A DNA stretch of 60,995 bases from an uncultured archaeon (lineage in GTDB: Archaea; Asgardarchaeota; Lokiarchaeia; Sigyniarchaeales; SOKP01). Shown in pieces: positions 1 to 10,046 of the stretch. Below the pieces are notes generated by a model that ran no database searches, was not told the origin of the DNA, and was given only the letters and a program-made list of their open reading frames with translations. The translations under genes were made by a program, and so were the position numbers. Location: positions 1-60,995 of the forward strand of contig CAZGJX010000010.1 of NCBI GenBank assembly GCA_964525635.1. Direction: 5' to 3'. The stretch's first letter is position 1; every line of letters begins with the position of its first letter.

Positions 1-144
1 CATGTGCTAATAAAGATTATGATTTAAAATATGTGAAGAAAAAAAAAATAAAAAAAGCAGTTTTTTTAAATCAGAAATATTATTAAAAATATAATTTATA
101 GAATTAAATAATTATTCCAAATCTTAATTGTCTGAGATTTTTAA

Positions 145-822
145 ATGAGTATAATATATTCAATAAAAGATGAGAAGATTGTATACAATTTAATAAAAAA
201 ATATACAAAAAAAAAGCCAATCTCTCGTATCATGGATTTAACTCATTTTTTAAATTTCCAATTAAAAAATAATCAAAACTTTACTAAAGCAAAAATCTTA
301 AGGATTGTAAAAGATTTAATTAAAAAAAGAGTAATCATAATAGGTTCGAAACTTGTTAAAGATAACATATTAGAAAATCCTTTAAGACATAATATATATG
401 AATATATTGTAAATAATCCTGGTTCAACTATTTATGATCTGAGAAAAAAATTCAATGTAGGAGCTAATCAGGTAATCTGGCATTTGAACTTTTTAGTTAA
501 ATTTGAATTTGTAAAGACAATAATGATAGAAAAACATAAAGTTATATTTTCGTTTGAATCAGAACCCAAATATTATAAAATTTTTTATTATATTGCAAAT
601 GAAAAAGTAAAATTAATATTGAATGTATTTAAGGAAAAAAAGCATCCTATAAGTGCTTTAGATATTACTAATATACTTTCTATGCACTATAATACAGTAA
701 AGAAATATTTAGAGAAATTAATGGATTTTAAAATTGTGGAATTATCTAATAAAAAAAAAAAATATGTAATAAATTATGATATATATAATCAAATCATATA
801 TAGAAGAAGTAAAATTTCTTAA
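145..822 (+). CDS. Tandem winged-helix transcriptional regulator (ArsR/HVO_0163-like)
   Basis: 'LENPLRHNIYEYIVNNPGST...WHLNFLVKFEFV' and a second wHTH 'ITNILSMHYNTVKKYLEKL'. Confidence 0.75.
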   Translation: MSIIYSIKDEKIVYNLIKKYTKKKPISRIMDLTHFLNFQLKNNQNFTKAKILRIVKDLIKKRVIIIGSKLVKDNILENPLRHNIYEYIVNNPGSTIYDLRKKFNVGANQVIWHLNFLVKFEFVKTIMIEKHKVIFSFESEPKYYKIFYYIANEKVKLILNVFKEKKHPISALDITNILSMHYNTVKKYLEKLMDFKIVELSNKKKKYVINYDIYNQIIYRRSKIS

Positions 823-1038
823 CAAATTATGAAAAAATGACGTATCAAAAAAATAAATCAACTCTTATCAGAAGATGTAATACTATGGAAAATTCAATTT
901 TTGTTCAATTTGTTTATTATATCACTATTACTTTAATTATATTTATGACAAATCTATTAAAAAAAATATTTTTATATAAAATGGATTGAAAAAAGGATTA
1001 AATAAAATAAATTAGAGAAAATATAAGAAAAATATAAA

Positions 1039-4000
1039 ATGAGCGCTCCAAAACTGGATTCACGAAAAGTATTTAAGAATGGTCCATTTATCTTAGTTTT
1101 AATACTCATTTTATATATAGTTATTACCCTTTTTTTAAATTCAGGATTTTATATTTCAAAAAACTATTCTGTAAATAATTCAAGTAATATTGATAATAGA
1201 TCAATAAAAAATTCAGATTATTGGTATCTTTCACCTATTTTTATTAATGGAAGTGCAACTGGTATAGGAGCACATAACTGGACATGGGCAGTAAACCAAG
1301 AATGGTGTAATGGTTCTGGTTTATGGAATGATCAATATATAATTGAAAATATCACCATAAATGGAATGAATAATATGATTCCAATCCATATAACCGATTC
1401 TGATAAATATTTTACTATCAGAAATTGTACTCTTTATAATTCATTTTCTTATATAAATCAAGAATATTCTACCGGGGGAATTCTTTTAGAGAATGTAAGT
1501 AATGGAACAATAGAAAATAATGACTGCTTTGAAAATCGTGGAATAGGAATTATTTTAAAATATAGTAGAAATTGTACGATAAAAGAAAATATAGTTTATC
1601 TAAATGTTAGACATGGTATTACACTTTATCATAGTAATAATTGCACAATTAAAGAAAATACAGTTGATTCCAATAGATATGATGGAATAAAAATATACCA
1701 TAGTAATAATAGTATAATTAAAGAAAATACTATTGATTCCAATTCAAATGATGGAATTTCATTACAGTGGAGTAATAATATTGATGTGATTAAGAATAAG
1801 ATTAATAATATTGTGGAAAATGGGAGGGGTATCACAGGTAATACTCAGGATGCTTTTATATTTAAAAATAACATAAGTAATGTGGTAACTTATTTCGGGG
1901 ATGGTATTGAAATTGGTGGTTATAATAATCTTATTAAAAATAACATTATCTATAATTGCACTGGGGATGGAATATCTATAAAGTTCTATGAAATAATACC
2001 TAAAGTAGCTACAGAATCAATCAATAACACTATAATCGATAATAATTGTATTAATATAACAAATGATGGAATTTCAATCATGGATATGGCTCAAAATACT
2101 TTCGTAAGAAATAATAGTTTGATTAATTCCAATTCCATTGGAATAATCGATAGAGGTAATAATTCCACTTTATTTAATAATACAGTACTTTTTTCTAAAT
2201 ATGGTATTTTTATACATGGTTATGCTGAAAATGGTAATTATTCATATAATCTCATAAAAAGATGTGAGTTTGGAATATATTTTACTGGAAATGGGGAGAG
2301 TCATATAATTAAAAATAATGATTTAAAAATGTGTGGAATATTTTTGAATCAAGAAGATTCTTTAACAGAACTAACATCCTATGAAATTGATACTTCAAAT
2401 AAAGTGAATGATAATTCTATTTATTATTTTACTAATTCTACAAATTTAAGTACGGTAAATTTTACAATTTATGGTTCTCCAGGACAAATTATATTAATTA
2501 ACTGTAATAATTCAACAATTTCAAATTTTAATATAAAAAATTCATCTTATAGTATAATACTCTTATATTCAAATAATATTACTCTTAGAAATAATAATGT
2601 TCTGAATAATACACTCAGTAGTGTCTTTTTATATAATACCACTAATAGCCATTTCATTAATAATAATATTTCTTCTAATAATGGCGACGGATTAATTGTA
2701 GATAATTGTTTTAATCTTTCATTCGAATATAATTTATTTCAAAATAATGATATTAGTGGTATTTATTTAACAAGAAGTACCCTAGTGAAAATTGTAAATA
2801 ATACCTTTTCTAATAATATAATTTATGGTATTAATTTTGACGGATTATGTACTGATAATGAAATTATTAATAATACAATTACACACTATCATCAAATTGG
2901 AATAAATATCATAAATTCAGATAATTTTAATATTATAAATAATAAAATAAATGAAAGTACTTTTATTGGGCTTAATTCAGATTCTAGTGAAGATATATTG
3001 ATAAAAGATAATATAATTAACAAATGCAGTGTTGGGATCAATTTTAATCTTATCAATAACTTAAAAATAGAAAATAATATAATCTCAGATAACTCATACG
3101 ATGGAATTATAATTGCAAATTCAAAAGAAATTGAGATTATAAACAATATTATTAAAGATAATTCCTATAATGGATTACATCTAAGTAATACAAATACTAC
3201 TTTTCAATTATATAATATCATCATATATAATAACACATTCGAGAATAATCTATATTCTATATTTCTTGGATTAAATACATTTAATATTACAATTGATTCT
3301 AATTTTATTAGTTTTAGTGTTAATGGTATTCATATAGAAAATTGTTATAATTCAACTTTTAAGAGAAATAATTTTACAGACAATTTTGTTGGAATTAAAG
3401 TAATGGAAAATTCAGGAGGTAATTTATTTTATATTAATGAATTTCATAATAATATTGTACATGCGAGGGATGATGGAAGTAATAATAATTGGGATAATGG
3501 GACAATAGGTAATTATTGGGATAATTATAAGGGTGTTGATCAAAATAAAGATGGTATTTGTGATGGATATTATTATATTTCTGGAAATGCTAATTCTGTA
3601 GATCATTATCCGATTTATAAACCAGATAATGAAAAACCTGATGATGAAAATCCCTTCTATGCTATAATTACTGCTTTAATTAACAATCTTTTATCACCTA
3701 TTAGTATAATAAATGCGTCTATTATTATTAGTTGTTCAATATTGATTTACTCTCTAAACAGGAAAAAGTATCTCCCTGATTATTTTATAGGAAAGCCTGG
3801 AAGTAATTATATTTTTAAGAGTAATAATCATATATTAAATAACTTCATTAATTCAGATGAATTATTAGAATTTAGTCCTACTATTCAAAATTTTCTTGTT
3901 TCTTCTTTAAGTTCTGGAGAACTAAAAAAATTAGATCAACTAGATCTACCTATAAACGAGAAAAGTATTTTTATTGAAGAATTAACAAATCTTACTTCAA

Positions 4001-4059
4001 AAGAAAGGAAGAAAATCCTCAATGAAATGTTAAAAAGCCAAAAAAAAAAGTTTAATTGA
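1039..4059 (+). CDS. Membrane-anchored right-handed beta-helix (NosD/CASH/PbH1 repeat) protein with a short C-terminal cytoplasmic domain
   Basis: N-terminal TM; many 'N.TI.NN....N..GI.L' repeats; 'NNWDNGTIGNYWDNY.G.D...DGI.D..Y' NosD-type terminal motif; second hydrophobic segment near aa 875-905. Confidence 0.8.
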   Translation: MSAPKLDSRKVFKNGPFILVLILILYIVITLFLNSGFYISKNYSVNNSSNIDNRSIKNSDYWYLSPIFINGSATGIGAHNWTWAVNQEWCNGSGLWNDQYIIENITINGMNNMIPIHITDSDKYFTIRNCTLYNSFSYINQEYSTGGILLENVSNGTIENNDCFENRGIGIILKYSRNCTIKENIVYLNVRHGITLYHSNNCTIKENTVDSNRYDGIKIYHSNNSIIKENTIDSNSNDGISLQWSNNIDVIKNKINNIVENGRGITGNTQDAFIFKNNISNVVTYFGDGIEIGGYNNLIKNNIIYNCTGDGISIKFYEIIPKVATESINNTIIDNNCINITNDGISIMDMAQNTFVRNNSLINSNSIGIIDRGNNSTLFNNTVLFSKYGIFIHGYAENGNYSYNLIKRCEFGIYFTGNGESHIIKNNDLKMCGIFLNQEDSLTELTSYEIDTSNKVNDNSIYYFTNSTNLSTVNFTIYGSPGQIILINCNNSTISNFNIKNSSYSIILLYSNNITLRNNNVLNNTLSSVFLYNTTNSHFINNNISSNNGDGLIVDNCFNLSFEYNLFQNNDISGIYLTRSTLVKIVNNTFSNNIIYGINFDGLCTDNEIINNTITHYHQIGINIINSDNFNIINNKINESTFIGLNSDSSEDILIKDNIINKCSVGINFNLINNLKIENNIISDNSYDGIIIANSKEIEIINNIIKDNSYNGLHLSNTNTTFQLYNIIIYNNTFENNLYSIFLGLNTFNITIDSNFISFSVNGIHIENCYNSTFKRNNFTDNFVGIKVMENSGGNLFYINEFHNNIVHARDDGSNNNWDNGTIGNYWDNYKGVDQNKDGICDGYYYISGNANSVDHYPIYKPDNEKPDDENPFYAIITALINNLLSPISIINASIIISCSILIYSLNRKKYLPDYFIGKPGSNYIFKSNNHILNNFINSDELLEFSPTIQNFLVSSLSSGELKKLDQLDLPINEKSIFIEELTNLTSKERKKILNEMLKSQKKKFN

Positions 4060-4218
4060 ATATAGAAAAACATTCTGTTAAATAGTTGGAAATAATATAG
4101 CTATAAACTCAACTTTCTAAAATTATATTCTATTTTATTTTTTTATAAAATCTGCACAAAAATGATAGAAAATTTCTGCTGAATTTACTACATTTAATGG
4201 TAAATTTTACCAATCTTG

Positions 4219-4242
4219 TCAAAATTTCACTTTTTGTCCATA
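4219..4242 (+). promoter_or_regulatory. Upstream motif shared by the scaffoldin and GH5 genes (copy at 6723-6746)
   Basis: TCAAAATTTCACTTTTTGTCCATA vs TCAAAATTTCAATTTTTGTCCATA, each followed by an AT-rich TATA-like stretch; function inferred. Confidence 0.5.
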
Positions 4243-4313
4243 CGGCTTTATAAAATATATTCTCTTCACATTAGTTAAATAAATATATAAAAAAAAAAAT
4301 AGAATAAAAATAC

Positions 4314-4404
4314 AAAAAAATTAGAGGAATTTTTAAAAATGAAATATCGGAAAATTACAACTATTCTAATATTAAGCACTGTATTTATGGGATTCTACTT
4401 AACA
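4314..4404 (+). repeat. Duplicated RBS + signal-peptide cassette, copy 1 (copy 2 at 6794-6884)
   Basis: 91 bp with 2 mismatches to 6794-6884; both encode MKYRKITTILILSTVFMGF. Confidence 0.9.
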
Positions 4405-6621
4405 ATGAATATTAATTTGTCAACGCCAGAGTCTTCTATTTCTAAAACACTTAATCTATCTGGTCAAGATGGAGATGTATGGTTCAGCTCAGTATCAACT
4501 CAAACCGTTGGTGATACTTTTGAGACTGAGATCTATGTCAATACAAGTAGTCGCAAATTAGGTGCTTATGGATTTGATATTGCTTACAATGAATCCGTTA
4601 TTCAAATAGCAAATGTTAATGATGTAGTGGCTGGTGCTGAAGGATTTGTTTCTGTCGTCAATCTTCATAATGGTGATGGATTGGTTACGATAGCTGGATT
4701 TGAAGCAATGGGTACAGGCCCAAGCTTTCAACTTCACTTATTAACTATTACCTGGACCGCAGTTGGTGCAGGTAGCAGTCCATTAGATTTATCCATTCTA
4801 GATTTAGCAGATACAATTATAGAAACAATAGGTACTCCTACCGATATTGATGGTAGTGTAGTTGTAGAAGGAGGTCCTGCACAAGCTCCAGTTCTTAATT
4901 CTCTATCAGATGTTTACTATCAAGAAAGTACTACAGGACATTCAATTACTTGGACAGCAACAGATGACAATCCTACAACCTATACAGTTACTCAAGATGG
5001 AACTCAAGTAGCTTCAGGTTCATGGAGTTCTGGTGTTGGAATCACCGTGAGTGTTGATGATCTATCAGAAGGTTCTTATAACTATACCTGTACCGTTAAT
5101 GATGGAGATGGATTATCTGATTCAGACTCAGTTACTGTAAATGTAACTGTCGATCCTGTTATTGGTGGAGATGTATGGTTCAGCTCAGTATCAACTCAAA
5201 CCGTTGGTGATACTTTTGAGACTGAGATCTATGTCAATACAGGTAGTCAGAATTTAAATTTATATGCATTTATAATTGCTTACAATGAATCCGTTATTCA
5301 AATAGCAAGTAATAATGATATAGAGGCTGGTAATGAAGGGTTTGTTTCTATGGTCAGTATTGATAATGATAATGGATTGGTTGAGATCGCTGGATATGCA
5401 ACATGTACAGGCCTAGGCTCTCAACTCCACTTATTAACCATTACCTGGACTGCATTTGGTGCAGGTATCAGTTCATTAGATTTAACCATTGACGATTTAC
5501 AAGATTCAGATACAGACACAATTGGTACTCCTAACGATATTGATGGTAGTGTAGAGGTTGAAGGAGCACCTACACAAGCTCCAGTTCTTCATCAAGAAGG
5601 TACTACAGGAAATTCAATTACTTGGATAGCAACAGATGACAATCCTACAACCTATACTATAACTCAAAATGGTACGATAGTTGCAAGGGGTTCATGGAGT
5701 TCTGGTGTTGAAATCACCGTGAGTATTGATGGTCTATCAGATGGTTATTGGATCATTAACTGTACTGTTTATGATGGAGATGGATTATATGATTCAGACA
5801 CCGTTAATATAAAAGTCACTTCTACTGCTGTTGGAGATGTATGGTTCAGCTCAGTATCAACCCAAACAGTTGGAGATACTTTTGAGACTGAAATCTATGT
5901 TAACACTGGTAGTCAGAACTTAGCCGCTTATGGATTTGATATTGCTTATAATGAAGACGTTATTCAAATAGCAAGTGATGATGATGTCGAAGCTGGTAGT
6001 GAAGGATTTGTTTCTGCTGTCAATATTGATAATGATAATGGATTGGTTACAATAGCTGGATTTGAAGCAACGGGTACAGGCCCAAGCTCTCAACTTCACT
6101 TGTTAACCATTACCTGGACCGCAGTTGGCGCAGGTAGTACTTCATTAGATTTATCCATTCTAGATTTAGCAGATACAATGATAGAAACAATAGGTACTCC
6201 TAACGCTATTGATGGTAGTGTAGAGGTTGAAGGAGCACCTACACAAGCTCCAGTTCTTAATTCGCCTTCTAATGTTAATTATGTTGAAGGAGATACTGGA
6301 AATTCTATTACCTGGACAGCAACAGATGACAATCCAACAACCTATACTATAATTCAAAATGGTAGTCAAGTAGCTTCTGATTCCTGGAGTTCTGGTAATG
6401 CTATCACAATAAATGTTGATGGATTATCCCCTGGGCTATATATTTATACAATTACCGTATATGATGGAAGTGGAAACAATGCAACTGATTCTGTTTATGT
6501 TATAGTAAATAAGGTAATACATGGAGGCGGAGAGATTCCTGGATATGATTTATTTATATTTCTAGGAAGTTTATGGATTACGGTCCTTACTATGATAAAT
6601 CTAAGGAAAAGAAGACAATAA
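4339..6621 (+). CDS. Scaffoldin-like surface protein: signal peptide, 3 x (cohesin-like + Ig/PKD-like) modules, Loki-CTERM-like anchor
   Basis: Three repeats 'GDVWFSSVSTQTVGDTFETEIYVNT...AYGFDIAYNE...LLTITWTA.GAG.S.LDL.I' alternate with 'ITWTATDDNPTTY...' Ig-like units; C-terminus 'EIPGYDLFIFLGSLWITVLTMINLRKRRQ'. Confidence 0.75.
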   Translation: MKYRKITTILILSTVFMGFYLTMNINLSTPESSISKTLNLSGQDGDVWFSSVSTQTVGDTFETEIYVNTSSRKLGAYGFDIAYNESVIQIANVNDVVAGAEGFVSVVNLHNGDGLVTIAGFEAMGTGPSFQLHLLTITWTAVGAGSSPLDLSILDLADTIIETIGTPTDIDGSVVVEGGPAQAPVLNSLSDVYYQESTTGHSITWTATDDNPTTYTVTQDGTQVASGSWSSGVGITVSVDDLSEGSYNYTCTVNDGDGLSDSDSVTVNVTVDPVIGGDVWFSSVSTQTVGDTFETEIYVNTGSQNLNLYAFIIAYNESVIQIASNNDIEAGNEGFVSMVSIDNDNGLVEIAGYATCTGLGSQLHLLTITWTAFGAGISSLDLTIDDLQDSDTDTIGTPNDIDGSVEVEGAPTQAPVLHQEGTTGNSITWIATDDNPTTYTITQNGTIVARGSWSSGVEITVSIDGLSDGYWIINCTVYDGDGLYDSDTVNIKVTSTAVGDVWFSSVSTQTVGDTFETEIYVNTGSQNLAAYGFDIAYNEDVIQIASDDDVEAGSEGFVSAVNIDNDNGLVTIAGFEATGTGPSSQLHLLTITWTAVGAGSTSLDLSILDLADTMIETIGTPNAIDGSVEVEGAPTQAPVLNSPSNVNYVEGDTGNSITWTATDDNPTTYTIIQNGSQVASDSWSSGNAITINVDGLSPGLYIYTITVYDGSGNNATDSVYVIVNKVIHGGGEIPGYDLFIFLGSLWITVLTMINLRKRRQ
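4471..6510 (+). repeat. Three intragenic DNA repeats encoding cohesin+Ig modules (starts 4471, 5167, 5833)
   Basis: GGAGATGTATGGTTCAGCTCAGTATCAAC recurs at 4471, 5167 and 5833 (periods 696 and 666 nt). Confidence 0.9.
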
Positions 6622-6629
6622 TAATAATA

Positions 6630-6640
6630 TTTTTTTTTTT
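6630..6640 (+). terminator. Oligo-T archaeal-type terminator after the scaffoldin gene
   Basis: 11 consecutive T shortly after the stop codon. Confidence 0.4.
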
Positions 6641-6793
6641 CAATATTAAAATTTTAAATTATTTTTTCGTATTTAATCTGTGATAGTTTAGAAAAAATAT
6701 AACCTAATAGTGGTAAAGATTTTCAAAATTTCAATTTTTGTCCATATGCATTTATTAAAAGACTTCTCTTCAGAATTATTAAATAATTATATA

Positions 6794-6884
6794 AAAAAAA
6801 TTAGAGGAATTTTTAAAAATGAAATATCGGAAAATTACAACTATTCTAATATTAAGCACAGTATTTATGGGATTCTTCTTAACA
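6794..6884 (+). repeat. Duplicated RBS + signal-peptide cassette, copy 2
   Basis: Matches 4314-4404. Confidence 0.9.
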
Positions 6885-8534
6885 TTAAAAATTAGTGTAC
6901 CAACATCAAACATTTCTACTTCTCAACATGTAAATGCAGAACCAACTCTTCCGGCTTTAACGGTGCCAAAGATTACAGATCCTAATGATCCCCAGTATCC
7001 TTTTGAATATTCTCGCTGGATTATTGATTCAAACGGGAATAAAGTTCAATTACGTGGAGTAAGTTTGACAGATATCCATGCAATTTGGCAAGGTCATCGC
7101 TCTCATGCGGGACCTATGGATATTGAGGGTATAATTGATCTAATTGATGAAACTGGATTTAATATAAATGCAATTCGTTTACCTATTCACCCTCGGGTAA
7201 ATGATGAAACAGGACCACATGGATGGTGTTATGATGAAGATAGTCCTTTTCTTTCGCCAAGATCGACTCTTATAATGTTGAATATGACACATGCAGAGTT
7301 TTTCTCTAAAGTCATTGATCGTGCCATTCAATATTGTATCGAAAAAGGATATTATGCAATCATTGATTGGCATGGAGTAGGATATTTATTACAAGATAAT
7401 AATTTGGCAGAAACAATCGAGTTTTGGAATTATATGGTCGAACATTATGCAAACCACTCAAATGTTATTTTTGAATTATTGAACGAACCTTATTTCCCTG
7501 CTAGTGGTGGAAGAACGGGATGGGATTGTTATATAGATGTAGCTGAAGGGATCGTTAATGCAATAAGGACAGGGGATTGGAGTCCATATGTAGATCTAGT
7601 AAATCAATATAATAATACAAATTTAAGTTTTCCAAAAACCGATCCCGCAAACAATTTAATCCTTATTGCCGGACCTGATTATGCTCACTCATTACCTTAT
7701 TGTTTTAAACCCAATCCTGATGAAATACCATATGAGAGTACAAAATTTATTGATAGTCCCAATATAGCTTATGTAGCTCATATTTATCCTGCCAAATGTA
7801 CATTGGAACCAGATATACAGCTTATACCAAAATGGATGGATTATACCTTAAAATATCGTCCAGTTATTATGACAGAATGGGGATATGAAACGACCGGACC
7901 AGATCTATTGGATTGTTTTCTACAATTTGAAGAAAAAAATGCTGTTTATGGAAAAATAATGAAATCATATCTACAAAAAAATCCTAATTTAGGATGGACT
8001 GCGTGGTGTTTCGATTATTGCTATCATTCACTAATGTTTGATTGTGAATGGAATTTACTTGGCGAAGGTAAAAGTACACCAGAAACTCGTTGGCACAGTA
8101 TTGAATCTATTTATCACATAGATGTGGGGGGATATAATTGTGAAAATTATTCTGAACAGATAATTGTTGGTGGTGAGGTTGTATGGAATAATTGGACTAA
8201 TCCTTTTATCAAACATATACAGATAAATGCAGAGGATACATATGATAACTATATGGGCGCTTATTGTCGTGATTTCACTCAAGAATATCCCGATTACAAC
8301 GATGCTGCATTTATACTCGGAGATGTTAACGGGGATAGAGACGTTGATATAGTTGACGCTTTATTAATCGCTCAAGATTACTTTGGAGTGGAAAAATATG
8401 TACCCTTCTATAAAGGACAAGCGGATGTGAATATGGATGGAAACATAGATATTACTGATGCTCAATTGATTGCAGAATATTATGTAGGTATAATTGATGT
8501 GTTTCCTAGTGTTAGTTACGTACCTTTAGTATAA
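6819..8534 (+). CDS. Secreted glycoside hydrolase family 5 (cellulase-like) with C-terminal dockerin
   Basis: GH5 motifs 'QLRGVS', 'NAIRLPI', 'IIDWH', 'FELLNEP' (acid/base), 'HIY', 'MTEWG' (nucleophile), 'WTAW'; duplicated dockerin loops 'GDVNGDRDVDIVDALLIAQ' and 'ADVNMDGNIDITDAQLIAEY'. Confidence 0.88.
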   Translation: MKYRKITTILILSTVFMGFFLTLKISVPTSNISTSQHVNAEPTLPALTVPKITDPNDPQYPFEYSRWIIDSNGNKVQLRGVSLTDIHAIWQGHRSHAGPMDIEGIIDLIDETGFNINAIRLPIHPRVNDETGPHGWCYDEDSPFLSPRSTLIMLNMTHAEFFSKVIDRAIQYCIEKGYYAIIDWHGVGYLLQDNNLAETIEFWNYMVEHYANHSNVIFELLNEPYFPASGGRTGWDCYIDVAEGIVNAIRTGDWSPYVDLVNQYNNTNLSFPKTDPANNLILIAGPDYAHSLPYCFKPNPDEIPYESTKFIDSPNIAYVAHIYPAKCTLEPDIQLIPKWMDYTLKYRPVIMTEWGYETTGPDLLDCFLQFEEKNAVYGKIMKSYLQKNPNLGWTAWCFDYCYHSLMFDCEWNLLGEGKSTPETRWHSIESIYHIDVGGYNCENYSEQIIVGGEVVWNNWTNPFIKHIQINAEDTYDNYMGAYCRDFTQEYPDYNDAAFILGDVNGDRDVDIVDALLIAQDYFGVEKYVPFYKGQADVNMDGNIDITDAQLIAEYYVGIIDVFPSVSYVPLV

Positions 8535-8738
8535 ATAGAGGAAATAAGTGAAATTGACTAAAAGCTAAAATAATATTTACCTTTTTTTTTTCATTTTTGA
8601 TAATAATTACTCAAGAAAAGTGTTGGTGTAGGAGGAATTGTAGTTGTAAGTATATGATTACCTAATGATGAGTTAAAATTGAACATTTTTATAAGAATAT
8701 TGAAAAATATATAAATAAAAATTATAAAGATTACAAAT

Positions 8739-9002
8739 ATGAATAATTTAAAGAAAAATGTAAAGATAGATATAGATAACAATCATATTATTCATATAAT
8801 TGAAGAAAATCCAGTTCTTGAGAATTTAAGTAAAGTGAAAGATATAAAGCTATCTTTATTGGAGGAAGATTTCTTTGATAAAGTGAATCTAATTCAATGG
8901 CAGGATGAAGAAGAAAAACAACTTTTTATTAAAGAAATGCTTAGTTTATCGCCAGATGAGAGAGAAGAAATATTAGAGGATATAAGGAGATTTCAATATT
9001 AA
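8739..9002 (+). CDS. Small protein resembling the C-terminal cytoplasmic domain of the 1039-4059 protein
   Basis: 'EEKQLFIKEMLSLSPDEREEILED' aligns with 'NEKSIFIEELTNLTSKERKKILNE'. Confidence 0.6.
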   Translation: MNNLKKNVKIDIDNNHIIHIIEENPVLENLSKVKDIKLSLLEEDFFDKVNLIQWQDEEEKQLFIKEMLSLSPDEREEILEDIRRFQY

Positions 9003-9124
9003 CCGAAATTACATAATTTTAAAAAGAAAAAGGTGAAAGATTACCATTATTCTTTAACAAATCTTTATATTACATATCTTTTATAGGGATAGAAAACAAG
9101 TCTTTTTTTTATTTATAAATTCCT

Positions 9125-9880
9125 ATGATTTTCAAGAAAATAACGGTTGGTCCATCAGATACGAATTGTTATATTATTGGCTCCAATATCACAAATGAAA
9201 TAGCTTTAATTGATCCTGGTTTTGAACCTGAAAAAATCATTAATGAAATAAACAAAATTGGAGCGGATCTAATAGTAATATTGTTGACTCATGGACATTT
9301 CGATCATACAATGTATTTAAATAAAATCTCAGAAATTTTCCCTGACACAAATCTAATGTATAATGAAAAGGAATATAATCCACTTCAAACTGATTTAAGC
9401 GAAAGCGATCTTAAGATTTTAATCAATTTAATGGATGGAAGAAGTAATAATAACCTTGAACAAAATAATCAAGAACAACCTATGGAATTTTTACTTGAAA
9501 AAGGTTTATATACAAATATAAAGGCAGATAGATGGTTGAATGAAGGAGATATTATAAAGATTGGTGAGCTTAGCTTTACTACTTTGGAAACACCGGGCCA
9601 TTCTCCAGGAAGTTTATGCTTTTATTCTAAAGATATTAATGAAATCAGAGGTCATTTAATTGATGGCGTTATTTTTACAGGAGATCTTTTATTTAAAGGA
9701 AATGTGGGCGAATTCAATATTCCTGGTGGAAATGAAGATATCCTTTATTTAAGTATTAAGAATAAAATTATGAACAATCCTGAATTAACTGACCGCTTTA
9801 AGGTTTGTGCAGGTCATTTCGGATATACAACAATAGGTGAAGAAAGAATTCTCAATCCATTTAGGAACTATTTTACTTGA
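9125..9880 (+). CDS. MBL-fold metallo-hydrolase (glyoxalase II-like)
   Basis: 'LLTHGHFDH', 'TPGHSPGS', 'FTGDLLF', 'AGH'. Confidence 0.9.
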   Translation: MIFKKITVGPSDTNCYIIGSNITNEIALIDPGFEPEKIINEINKIGADLIVILLTHGHFDHTMYLNKISEIFPDTNLMYNEKEYNPLQTDLSESDLKILINLMDGRSNNNLEQNNQEQPMEFLLEKGLYTNIKADRWLNEGDIIKIGELSFTTLETPGHSPGSLCFYSKDINEIRGHLIDGVIFTGDLLFKGNVGEFNIPGGNEDILYLSIKNKIMNNPELTDRFKVCAGHFGYTTIGEERILNPFRNYFT

Positions 9881-10046
9881 TTTTTCTTTAAAAACATTTA
9901 ACTATCTGATAAAGATGATTTATAAATATATAAATTTTATATATAGAAAAAAAAAATATATAATAATTTTAAAAACACTAAGATATATTTATAAGTATAA
10001 TAATTATAATTATAAAATTTCAAATTCAAAAAACAAGGTGATTAAA

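Noticed and set aside
9837-10046. N-terminal 70 aa of the 229-aa ORF
   Set aside because: It overlaps the previous gene and is AT-rich intergenic sequence; the SD motif points to 10047.
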